Origin: Patescibacteria group bacterium
GTDB lineage: Bacteria; Patescibacteriota; WWE3; UBA101185; UBA10185
DNA: 41,282 nucleotides
Assembly (NCBI GenBank): GCA_019428825.1
Contig: JAHYJU010000002.1
Span: 1 to 41,282 of the forward strand
Reading direction: 5' to 3'
In this document: positions 1 to 8,372 of the stretch, one piece after another
Layout of the letters: every line of letters begins with the position of its first letter
Position numbering within the stretch: position 1 is the stretch's first letter
Translations under genes and position numbers: made by a program
Notes under the pieces: generated by a model
Databases searched by the model: none
What the model was told of the DNA's origin: nothing
Seen by the model: the letters and a program-made list of their open reading frames with translations, nothing else

Positions 1-271
1 CGGCTAATACCATACCCTGTGATTCAAGTCCCATCATTTTTCTAGGTTCAATATTTATTATAAAAGGAAGTTGCTTGCCTACGATGGTCTCAGGGCTGTA
101 CCAAGCTTTTATACCTGCAATTATTTGTCTTTTTCCAATTTCACCGAAATCAACCTCCATTTTTATGAGTTTTTCGGAACCTTCTACACCCTCTGCAGAG
201 AGGATAGTTCCTAATCTAATATCAATTTTTGCAAAGTCTTCAAATTTAATTATTGGTTTTGGTTCGTTCAT
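1..271 (-). CDS. tRNA-binding domain protein (CsaA / EMAP-II / MetRS C-terminal-domain-like), 3' end cut by window edge
   Basis: Not in the ORF track because it runs off the window. The reverse complement from the ATG at 271 reads [90 protein letters not shown]. This is the classic OB-fold tRNA_bind pattern (DIRxG, GxxxRQIxxGI, NxxPxKxxGxxSxGMxLA). Confidence 0.85.
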   Translation of the reverse strand, partial: MNEPKPIIKFEDFAKIDIRLGTILSAEGVEGSEKLIKMEVDFGEIGKRQIIAGIKAWYSPETIVGKQLPFIINIEPRKMMGLESQGMVLA

Positions 272-329
272 ATTGTTGACTATACCTCAAATATTATATA
301 AACTCCACCTGTTAATAAGGAGTAATAAT

Positions 330-503
330 ATGGGAAAAACAAAGAGAACATGGCAACCTAAAAAAAGAAAAAGGGTAAAAAAACACGGATTCCTTAAGAG
401 GATGTCCTCACCCGGTGGTATAAATGTTATTAAGAGAAGAAAAGCCAAGGGAAGAAAGGAAGTCGTAGTTTCCGCAAGAGATAAAAAAGATAAAAAAAGA
501 TAA
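330..503 (+). CDS. rpmH: 50S ribosomal protein L34
   Basis: Only the 3' part of track ORF 75..503 is real. ATG at 330 is preceded by AAGGAG (318-323). The 57-aa product [43 protein letters not shown] is the canonical L34 sequence. Confidence 0.95.
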   Translation: MGKTKRTWQPKKRKRVKKHGFLKRMSSPGGINVIKRRKAKGRKEVVVSARDKKDKKR

Positions 504-526
504 TTTATTCAAATTGGTATCTTCTG

Positions 527-874
527 ATGCTTAAAAAAGAAAACAGACTTTCCACTAACTTTGAATTTAATATAACTAGAAAATACGGAAAATATTACAA
601 AGGAAAGTTTTTCCATATATATTTCCTGGTGCCGAAAAAATACGATGGTCCTACAAAAGTTGGTATAGTGGTGTCGAACAAATTCAGCAAAAATGCTGTC
701 GAAAGAAATAGGGTAAAAAGGGTTTTTCGGGAAGTCGTGAGAAATAATTTTGAAAAAATTAACAAAGGTAATCTTTGGGTAGTTATTCACCCTAAGATAT
801 CTTGTACTAAAGCAACTTATGAAGAAATTAATTCTGAATTTAATAAAATTCTACAAGAAGCATCTTTCTCTTGA
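527..874 (+). CDS. rnpA: RNase P protein component
   Basis: 115 aa and basic, with the RNR-type motif region [15 protein letters not shown]. It occupies the conserved position directly after rpmH. Confidence 0.9.
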   Translation: MLKKENRLSTNFEFNITRKYGKYYKGKFFHIYFLVPKKYDGPTKVGIVVSNKFSKNAVERNRVKRVFREVVRNNFEKINKGNLWVVIHPKISCTKATYEEINSEFNKILQEASFS

Positions 875-1034
875 CGAGAAGGGGGTAAAAGTTTGTAGAT
901 TTACACCAACCTGTTCCGAATACACGTATCAGGCGATAGAAAAATATGGGGTTATAAAGGGTGGCTTGATGGGATTTGGTAGAATACTAAGATGCAACCC
1001 TTTCTCAAAGGGAGGCAACGATCCTGTAAAATAA
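819..1034 (+). CDS. yidD: membrane protein insertion efficiency factor YidD
   Basis: 71 aa with [19 protein letters not shown]...[16 protein letters not shown], the YidD signature. It overlaps the 3' end of rnpA by 56 nt in another frame and sits before yidC. Confidence 0.9.
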   Translation: MKKLILNLIKFYKKHLSLDEKGVKVCRFTPTCSEYTYQAIEKYGVIKGGLMGFGRILRCNPFSKGGNDPVK

Positions 1035-1050
1035 TTAAAGGGTAAAAATT

Positions 1051-1827
1051 ATGTGGAATACAATATTAATAAATCCAATATTCAATCTCTTAATAGGTTT
1101 ATACAGACTAACCGGAAATTTAGGTGTATCAATAATATTTTTTACAATAGTGGCAAAGACAATTTTAATACCCGTAACAATCCCTCAAATAAAGATGGCC
1201 AAAAAACAGAGAGATATTCAACCGGAGCTAGATAAGATAAAACAAAAATTCAAATACGATAAAAAGAAACAGGCAGAATTACAGATGGAACTGTTTAAAA
1301 AACATGGTATAAACCCGGGAGCTGGTTGTTTTACCACTATAATAACTTTTGTTCTTATGATAGCTATATACAGAGCTATTACTACATTAACCATGGCTAC
1401 AGATATAATAGCTCTCAACGACAGGATATATTTTGAAGGTTTAAAATTCTTTTCAGGTGAGAATCTTGCAACAAAATTTCTATATCTTGATATGACTAAA
1501 CCCGACCCACTTTTGATAGTTACGGTACTAACCGTTGTATCCCAATTTTTAGCAACGAAAATGATATCACCCTACTCAAAAACAGCCACTAAAGCGGTTA
1601 AAAAAACTCCCGGACAGGCAGATGACATAATGCAAGCAATGCAAAAACAAAACCAATATGTTATGCCTATAATGTTTTTTGTTTTCGGAATAACACTTCC
1701 ATCGGGTGTAATGTTATATATCCTTACTTCTACTATATTCCAGATAGGTCAAACTTACTTCTTCTCCGGATGGGGAGGTTTAAAACCATGGATTAATAAA
1801 TTAAAATCTGGTAAAAAAGAAAGGTAA
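1051..1827 (+). CDS. yidC: YidC/Oxa1-family membrane protein insertase (short form)
   Basis: 258 aa, multi-pass, with the typical motif region IPVTIPQIKMAKKQRDIQPELDKIKQKFKYDKKKQAELQMELFKKHGINP. Synteny is rnpA-yidD-yidC-jag. Confidence 0.9.
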   Translation: MWNTILINPIFNLLIGLYRLTGNLGVSIIFFTIVAKTILIPVTIPQIKMAKKQRDIQPELDKIKQKFKYDKKKQAELQMELFKKHGINPGAGCFTTIITFVLMIAIYRAITTLTMATDIIALNDRIYFEGLKFFSGENLATKFLYLDMTKPDPLLIVTVLTVVSQFLATKMISPYSKTATKAVKKTPGQADDIMQAMQKQNQYVMPIMFFVFGITLPSGVMLYILTSTIFQIGQTYFFSGWGGLKPWINKLKSGKKER

Positions 1828-1858
1828 GGCTTTTACCCCGAAAGCTTATTTCATCATT

Positions 1859-2335
1859 ATGGAAACAAAAGAAATAATAAAAACTAATTTGGACAAAATA
1901 TTTAAGTTTATAGGAATAGATCCTAAAACCGAGATAGAAGAAAAGGAAGAAAATAACTACTCGGTTACTATATCCGGAGACAATCTAAATTTTTTGATTG
2001 GTTTCAGAGGTCAGTCTTTGGAGGCACTTCAAAATATTTTAAGACTGATGATATTTAGAAAAACACAAGTTCAACCAATACTGACAGTTGATATAAATGA
2101 TTACAGAGATAATAAATCAGAGAAGCTTCAGGATATGGCTAAAAGTTTTATAGATAAAGTAAGGTTTTTTCAAAAAGAGGTTGAGCTACCAAGAATGAGT
2201 CCCTGGGAAAGAAGAGAAATACATATGCTGGTCTCAGAATACGAAGATATATTTTCAGAAAGCACCGGAGAGGGAGAAGATAGAAGAATAGTTTTAAAAC
2301 TAAAGAAACAAAATTCAAAAGAAGAAAAGGAGTAA
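1859..2335 (+). CDS. jag: Jag/SpoIIIJ-associated RNA-binding protein (KH + R3H domains)
   Basis: 158 aa. KH-like segment FLIGFRGQSLEALQNILRL and R3H segment MSPWERREIHMLV. Conserved position after yidC. Confidence 0.8.
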   Translation: METKEIIKTNLDKIFKFIGIDPKTEIEEKEENNYSVTISGDNLNFLIGFRGQSLEALQNILRLMIFRKTQVQPILTVDINDYRDNKSEKLQDMAKSFIDKVRFFQKEVELPRMSPWERREIHMLVSEYEDIFSESTGEGEDRRIVLKLKKQNSKEEKE

Positions 2336-2344
2336 AATCAATTC

Positions 2345-3451
2345 ATGAAATTCTCTTGCCTACAAGAAAATCTATCTAAAGGTTTACAAACCGTTATGCA
2401 TGCTGTTCCTGTCAAAAGTTCACTACCGATATTGTCAAATGTTTTAATAGAAATTGAAAAAGGAAGAATTAAATTATCGGCTACTAATCTTGAGACGGCA
2501 ATAACAACTTACGTGGGAGCCTCGATAGAAGAAGAGGGTTCTATCACAGTGCCGGCTAAACTTTTAAAAGATTTTATAACAAACCTGTCGCCGGGGACCA
2601 TAAATTCCCAGGTTAAAGACGACATATTTATAATTAATTCAAAAACTACAAAATCAAAATTTAACGGTAGCAGTCCAAAAGACTTTCCCGAACTACCTGA
2701 ATTTCCCAAAAAGACTAAAAATTTAAAAATTGAACCGGATTTGCTAAATGAAATTGTTGGAGTAGTTGCTTTTGCCTCGGGAATGGATACTAGCAGACCT
2801 ATATTTACTGGAATTTATATGGATTATTCCAAAGATAAACTAACTATCACATCCACTGATGGATTCAGATTGTCCGAGAAAACGGTAAAAATGAAAGGGG
2901 AAATTGAAGATTTTAAGGTTGTTATACCTGCAAAAACTTTGGTAGAAGTAGCAAGAATCTTTTCTTCGTCTCAAGAACCAATCGAATTTACACTAAATCA
3001 AAATGAAAATTTAGCACTCTTTAAGTCGGAAGATACTGTTATAGCAACAAGGATACTTGACGGTGATTACCCTGATTACAAAAAGATTATTCCAGGCGAA
3101 CACATAGTTAAAGCTAATTTTGTTGCCTCGGAATTTACTGAGGCAGTAAGATTAACGGATATTTTCGCAAAAGAAGGCAATAGTACCATAAAAATTCGTT
3201 TTGACCCGGAAGGTAAGATAAAAATAACTTCTTTATCAGAAGAAACCGGACAGCACGAAAGTAATTTATCAGCTGAAATTGAAGGTGAGCTGGTAGAAAT
3301 TGCCTTTAATTCAAAATATCTTCTTGATTTTCTAACAAATATAAAATCCGAAAAAATTGATTTTAGTTCAAATGGAAATATTTCTCCTTGTACTTTCAAT
3401 CCTGACTCTCAGAAGGACTTCGTCCACATAATAATGCCGATGCAAATCTAG
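2345..3451 (+). CDS. dnaN: DNA polymerase III beta subunit (sliding clamp)
   Basis: 368 aa. N-terminus MKFSCLQENLSKGLQTVMHAVPVKSSLPILSNVLIE and C-terminus MPMQI are typical of DnaN, and the length fits three domains. Confidence 0.95.
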   Translation: MKFSCLQENLSKGLQTVMHAVPVKSSLPILSNVLIEIEKGRIKLSATNLETAITTYVGASIEEEGSITVPAKLLKDFITNLSPGTINSQVKDDIFIINSKTTKSKFNGSSPKDFPELPEFPKKTKNLKIEPDLLNEIVGVVAFASGMDTSRPIFTGIYMDYSKDKLTITSTDGFRLSEKTVKMKGEIEDFKVVIPAKTLVEVARIFSSSQEPIEFTLNQNENLALFKSEDTVIATRILDGDYPDYKKIIPGEHIVKANFVASEFTEAVRLTDIFAKEGNSTIKIRFDPEGKIKITSLSEETGQHESNLSAEIEGELVEIAFNSKYLLDFLTNIKSEKIDFSSNGNISPCTFNPDSQKDFVHIIMPMQI

Positions 3452-5991
3452 TTTCTATCAGCATTTACTGGATTATTTAAATTCTCCGTTGTAGTTTGTG
3501 AATTTGTCCCCTGTTTCTGCTTCCTCATATCTTCCACTGAGTCCAGTATATCCCCGGCTGAAGGTGAGTTATTCAAGAAACCATCCTCATCCCCAAGCAT
3601 TTTATTTCTTAACTCTACCACCCTACTATCCAGTGGCTTTTTCTGTTGTAAATTAGGCTTATGTGTAGGGTTGTTATCCAAAGGTTTGTTGTTTTCATTA
3701 GTGGGAGCAGGGGTGGAGGTAGGGACTCCCGGTTTTGATGAATTTATTGCGCTATCCGGTATACCACCACTTGTAGATTCAGGTTTATTTTCATTTCCGA
3801 ACTTATCGGAAGATTCGGGAAAATCGGGTTTTTTAACAAAATCCTTTGGAGTGTCAGTGTTATCTTCAACATTATTTTTTTTATCTTCCGGTGGAATATC
3901 AGGAGAATTTGAAGCCACAGGTTTAATATCAATAGTCCCACTGTCCTTATTATCATTATAATCTGTTATAGGAATTTCGGGCGGCAGTATATCCTCACTC
4001 TCAGATTCTACAAAATCCTCACTAACTACATCACTCATAATCTTCTTAACTTGGGGATCGGGTTCTACAGCGTCTTTTTCGTCAAATGTAGAATACTCAT
4101 CCATGGGCGCCGGAGGTACATATGGCTTATATACCGGTTTTGATTCTTTGGTGGGATTTAACTGTCCTGATTGTTCTTTCCTTTTGTCTTCTCTTAAACG
4201 CAACATTTCTTCAGGATTAGTTGTTATGAGTTTATTCTCAGCTTCTGAAGCCATTACTTTAACGGCAACGTGATTAGAACCAGCAAAGAACAGCCCTTCG
4301 CCTATACCCGCCGACAAAAGGAATCTTTTTTCACCTTCCGAGAGGTAGAACGTTTCCACAACTTTATCAATAGCTGCAGGGTGTTGCTTTAAAAGCATCT
4401 GTATTGAAGAGTTTGTAACAACAGCCTTACCGTATTCCGAGGTAAGAAAGTCGTCAACATCTTGGGAAATAGTCGTAAGTCCTAAATAGTACTTTCTGGC
4501 TCTTTTTGCAATTCCATATATAAACCTCGCACTATCGTTGTTCTGCATGAGATACCATGCCTCCTCAACAATCAGTATCCTTTTTCTTAAATCTCTCCTT
4601 ATAGTAGTCCACACAAAGTCCAAAATCATGTAAAAAGCAATTGGTCTTAAAGCTTCCTCCAAATTCTTAGTCGAAAATACGGTCATATTGCTTTCAAGAT
4701 TAATGTTAGATTGAGAATCAAATATTCCTGTCATTGAACCTTTTATAAATTTCTCCAATCTATCCGCCATACTCTTTGATTCACCCTCACTTCCGCCCAA
4801 AAGAACTTTATAAAGATCTTCCATAACGGGGGGCTCTTTTGTTGCCTGAGTTTCCGGATCAGAAGTTATACCTTTTATCCTATATGTCTCAATTAAAGCA
4901 CGGTCCAGTATAGCCTCCTCGGTAGAAGTTAGACTACCCATCATAAGTTTAAGAAGGGTAATCAATGATATAAGTTTTTGACCTAGCTCATTTTCCCCCT
5001 CCGTAACAATACCGGAAAGGTCAAATGGGTTAATTTTATGTTTAGAGTTAGCAGAGAAGTTTATATAGTTACCACCTACAATTTCGCATAGGTTATAATA
5101 CTCCTCCTCCGGATCTATTATCATTACCTGGGCGCCAAAAACGAGATGTCTAAGAGCCTCGAGCTTAACAAAGTAAGACTTTCCTGCTCCGGATTTTGCA
5201 AATACAACAGAGTTGGCATTCTCCAGTGAGAATCTGTCAAAAATAACCAGCGAACCATTGTGCTTATTTATTCCGTACATTATCCCCTCCTCCATCGTCA
5301 AATCAGAAGAGGTAAAGGGGAAAGTAGTAGCTAAACTAGTAGTATCCATATTTCTAGCAATTAAAAGCTTGTCCATACCCGTAGGTATGGTTGATCTAAA
5401 AGCATCCTCCATCTGTAGTGCAGCAGTCTTTGAAATAAGAAGCAAAGAAGATAGTAAAGATTCCATCTTAGAAGTTACGTTTTCCAATTCTTCTAAATCG
5501 TATGCAGGGATAGTTATATAAAAAGAGAATTGAAAGTATTTTTCTACCCCTTTTACGAGCTGTTCTTGTAAAGCATTGGCATCTTCAAGAGCCGCTTCAA
5601 CCACAGGATCAGTAATTTTACCTTTATCCCTATTAGTCAAAGTAGTGGCCTCTAATTCCGTAATTTTTCTCCTTAAATCATCTAAGATAACTTTAGACTT
5701 AACAGGGTAATAAAACATCGAAATAAGTAAGGTGTGGTCAAAATTAATTACAGGAGAGAGCCAGTTAGCACCAACAAATCTAGGGTAACCTGAGACAAAG
5801 AAAGTTCTATAGTACACTTCCCCTATTCTCACATCATTAAAATCGACCTCTATTGCCGAAGGAGCAATTATATCTCTTACATTAAGCATACCCTCTGCTA
5901 AAACCTGAGGTGGTGTTTTTTCATCAGGTGACTCAACGTTTTTATCTGCTTTTGTGGTTTTTTTAAATATATTAAATAAATTTAGGGCCAT
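3448..5991 (-). CDS. VirB4/TraC-type type IV secretion ATPase with a roughly 250-aa low-complexity C-terminal tail
   Basis: 847 aa. Walker A is VFAKSGAGKSYF and Walker B-like is RILIVEEAWYLM. The VirB4 N-proximal segment is IAPSAIEVDFNDVRIGEVYYRTFFVSGYPRFVGANWLSPVINFD. The last ~248 aa (from REDKRKEQ) are a P/N/D/K/S/E-rich low-complexity region. Confidence 0.85.
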   Translation of the reverse strand: MALNLFNIFKKTTKADKNVESPDEKTPPQVLAEGMLNVRDIIAPSAIEVDFNDVRIGEVYYRTFFVSGYPRFVGANWLSPVINFDHTLLISMFYYPVKSKVILDDLRRKITELEATTLTNRDKGKITDPVVEAALEDANALQEQLVKGVEKYFQFSFYITIPAYDLEELENVTSKMESLLSSLLLISKTAALQMEDAFRSTIPTGMDKLLIARNMDTTSLATTFPFTSSDLTMEEGIMYGINKHNGSLVIFDRFSLENANSVVFAKSGAGKSYFVKLEALRHLVFGAQVMIIDPEEEYYNLCEIVGGNYINFSANSKHKINPFDLSGIVTEGENELGQKLISLITLLKLMMGSLTSTEEAILDRALIETYRIKGITSDPETQATKEPPVMEDLYKVLLGGSEGESKSMADRLEKFIKGSMTGIFDSQSNINLESNMTVFSTKNLEEALRPIAFYMILDFVWTTIRRDLRKRILIVEEAWYLMQNNDSARFIYGIAKRARKYYLGLTTISQDVDDFLTSEYGKAVVTNSSIQMLLKQHPAAIDKVVETFYLSEGEKRFLLSAGIGEGLFFAGSNHVAVKVMASEAENKLITTNPEEMLRLREDKRKEQSGQLNPTKESKPVYKPYVPPAPMDEYSTFDEKDAVEPDPQVKKIMSDVVSEDFVESESEDILPPEIPITDYNDNKDSGTIDIKPVASNSPDIPPEDKKNNVEDNTDTPKDFVKKPDFPESSDKFGNENKPESTSGGIPDSAINSSKPGVPTSTPAPTNENNKPLDNNPTHKPNLQQKKPLDSRVVELRNKMLGDEDGFLNNSPSAGDILDSVEDMRKQKQGTNSQTTTENLNNPVNADRN

Positions 5992-5996
5992 AATAA

Positions 5997-6698
5997 TTAC
6001 TCCTCAATTATTGCGGGATTAACTATAGCTGTTTTATAATCCTCTATGTTAGTCCTTATCCTTTGACCATGTAAATTACTGGGATTGTAAATATCAAAAT
6101 ACAATTCAACTAGTTCCTGTGTACCAAGTTGCCTGGCTTTTACTCCTAATCTACTGAATTCTCTAATAATGTGATCCACTTTTGGAGCCAAATCTATCTT
6201 ACCATCTCGTAAAACTCTTTCTAAGTTAATATCTACCCTTCTATTTTGAACCCCCACCAATTTTGATACCCAATCAAAAGCGCTTCCGCCTTTTTCAACC
6301 AAAATTGACTGTCCTGAGGGAACAACAACATAAAATTTCTTATCCAAAACCTCATTTACTTTTATTACCTCCTGAACAAATTTTCTGTAAGACTCTGCCT
6401 GGTGTTTTAAGAGTGGGTCAGATATTCTTGACTCCACCTTTCTTACTTTTTCTACATATTTTGAAATATCTAGTTTTCTTGATCTGACAACAACTTGTAT
6501 TGGGAAAGTTATAGAGTTCAAAAGCATTGAAAAAGCGGCAATAATAGCATCCTGCTCTATCTCAGAAAGAAGGTCAAAGTTAACAGCTGTAGTTTGAATA
6601 ACAGAACATACAACCCCATTTTTCAATACGGTCAAATTATCTTTTATGTCAAAAATGTCTAAGTGTTCTTGAGTTGTAGGTGTACTTTGGGCAGCCAT
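5997..6698 (-). CDS. soluble T4SS-associated protein, possibly a detached VirB4 N-terminal domain
   Basis: 233 aa with no TM segment. It lies 1 nt after the PrgI-like gene and 5 nt before the VirB4 ORF. The pattern DIFDIKDNLTVLKNGVVCSVIQTTAVNFDLLSEIEQDAIIAAFSMLLNSITFPIQVVVRSRKLDISKY resembles, from memory, the extreme N-terminus of Gram-positive ICE VirB4 proteins. Confidence 0.55.
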   Translation of the reverse strand: MAAQSTPTTQEHLDIFDIKDNLTVLKNGVVCSVIQTTAVNFDLLSEIEQDAIIAAFSMLLNSITFPIQVVVRSRKLDISKYVEKVRKVESRISDPLLKHQAESYRKFVQEVIKVNEVLDKKFYVVVPSGQSILVEKGGSAFDWVSKLVGVQNRRVDINLERVLRDGKIDLAPKVDHIIREFSRLGVKARQLGTQELVELYFDIYNPSNLHGQRIRTNIEDYKTAIVNPAIIEE

Positions 6699-6699
6699 A

Positions 6700-8364
6700 T
6701 TATTTTCCTATAACATCCAAGGTAGGAATAACCCCACCTTTAACCTCAATAGGAATTATACCAAACGTTAGGTTAGTTTTATTAGTAGGACTTACTTCGA
6801 CAGTATACGTACCGTTTTGCAAAGGTGTAGAAACAACAAATTGTCCCAATGAATTGGTTTTGAGCGCTCTAACTGTGTCGCCTCTTGAATTTTTTACTAT
6901 CAGTAAAGTATCGGTAAGGTACTTTCCCTCCCCGTCTCTCACAACTCCTGTTAATACATTGGGCTTGTTTGTTAATGCAGGTAGCTGTGTTTTACTTCTT
7001 TCAATAAATTCTTTTCCTGTGGATACATTTTCTTTCTCATGCAATTTCTTTTGTAGATCCTGAACCTGTGACCTCAACTCCGAATAGCTGGTAGCTATCT
7101 CACTTTTCTGTGATTCTAATTTCTTAAGTAAATTCTCCTGTTCTCCGGTTTCCATAGACATAGACTTACCTCTTTCTATCTGATTTCTAAGTTTCTGGAT
7201 TTCGGATGATAAGTCATCATTCTGCTTTTTCAACTTATCTACAACCTCGTGGGCTTGATTATCAACAGCTAGAATATCTCCTTCCTTATTATCTGATATA
7301 GAAGGTTTTTCTACGGAAATTCCCTCTTCCTGACGTATCTTTTCTAGTAAATCTTTTAACTTATCGGCCTTTTCTTTCAAATCAGTTCTAACCTCAGCAC
7401 TCTCATTTGCATTCAACACCCTATCACCTCTTATAGGTAAAATTATCTGCCCACCCCCCGAAGGAACTAAATTGACAAATTTTCTACCTGAATGCGTATC
7501 AGGTGTAATAAATTCGTAATGATCCGAGGCCCTACTTCCCATAGAAAATTTTTCTGAATCCCTCGATCTGGATGTGTATGGATAGTCTTCGGCAGTTCTA
7601 TTTCTATAGGGTGTACTAACATAAGAAGATCTAGATTTTATTATTGTCGGAGATTTTTCTTTCGATTCTACTTTCCCTGTATCTTCTACAGTCACTACCT
7701 CTTGTTCTGTAGATGTGTCAGAAGAAACTACCTGATCCGTACTTTTAACTTTCTCTTTATCGGAATCTTTCTGGTCCCCAAGTTTTGATTGTTCTTCTTG
7801 AAACATTTTTTCTTGGATGGTTGGTTCTTCTAAAGCAACTTTCACACCTGAGGACTTTGGCTCATCCGGGTAAGCATTACGAACTTTCATACGGTAATAT
7901 TTTTCAGGTATATCAAGAGGATCCTCCTCATCCTGCTTGGTATCAGTTTTAAGGTAATCCTCTAATTTCCTTCTACTGGAAGTAGGAGCAAGAGTTATCA
8001 TCTCCTGTTTTACAACAGCCAGGTTATCATATAGGAAAGCTGTAGGTAATTGAGGTTCTTTTTTCCAAATTCTCTGAGTTGGAGAATTTATAGATCTATA
8101 AAAATTTACCAACCACTCATCAAGACCTCTTTCCTGAATAGGTACGAAGGCTAGGGCAAGAGCCAAAAGAGCTGATACCACAGCTATAGGAATTCTAAAA
8201 ATCCCGGGTATTATGGTGTAACTTAAATAAGCTAACAGGCCAAATATCATTAGATAAGAAAACTGACGCATCGTAAGATCACCCACCAATTTGAACTCAA
8301 CGTCCATTATGTTTTGAGGTACAGCGTGCTGTTTATTTGATTGAGGTGCATCAGCAATAGGCAT
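6700..8364 (-). CDS. PrgI/VirB3-like membrane protein fused to a coiled coil and a C-terminal CarboxypepD_reg-like beta-sandwich
   Basis: 554 aa. N-terminus VPQNIMDVEFKLVGDLTMRQFSYLMIFGLLAYLSYT plus a second TM helix is PrgI-family-like. Next come an acidic S/T/E/D-rich linker and heptad-like coiled coil (KLKKQNDDLSSEIQKLRNQIE...LRSQVQDLQKKLHEKE). The C-terminus is LTGVVRDGEGKYLTDTLLIVKNSRGDTVRALKTNSLGQFVVSTPLQNGTYTVEVS. Confidence 0.6.
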   Translation of the reverse strand: MPIADAPQSNKQHAVPQNIMDVEFKLVGDLTMRQFSYLMIFGLLAYLSYTIIPGIFRIPIAVVSALLALALAFVPIQERGLDEWLVNFYRSINSPTQRIWKKEPQLPTAFLYDNLAVVKQEMITLAPTSSRRKLEDYLKTDTKQDEEDPLDIPEKYYRMKVRNAYPDEPKSSGVKVALEEPTIQEKMFQEEQSKLGDQKDSDKEKVKSTDQVVSSDTSTEQEVVTVEDTGKVESKEKSPTIIKSRSSYVSTPYRNRTAEDYPYTSRSRDSEKFSMGSRASDHYEFITPDTHSGRKFVNLVPSGGGQIILPIRGDRVLNANESAEVRTDLKEKADKLKDLLEKIRQEEGISVEKPSISDNKEGDILAVDNQAHEVVDKLKKQNDDLSSEIQKLRNQIERGKSMSMETGEQENLLKKLESQKSEIATSYSELRSQVQDLQKKLHEKENVSTGKEFIERSKTQLPALTNKPNVLTGVVRDGEGKYLTDTLLIVKNSRGDTVRALKTNSLGQFVVSTPLQNGTYTVEVSPTNKTNLTFGIIPIEVKGGVIPTLDVIGK

Positions 8365-8372
8365 TATTACAA

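Noticed and set aside
75-503. 142-aa ORF from the track, spanning the rpmH upstream region
   Set aside because: Only the last 57 codons (from ATG 330, with an AAGGAG RBS) are L34. The upstream part is antisense to the well-supported tRNA-binding-domain gene (1-271, minus) and crosses the promoter region. It is low-complexity hydrophobic sequence typical of antisense reading.
2336-2344. oriC / DnaA-box cluster near dnaN
   Set aside because: The jag-dnaN gap is 9 nt. I found no cluster of TTATCCACA-like boxes in any intergenic region of the window. There is a single weak TATCCACTA at about 11601, which is not convincing.
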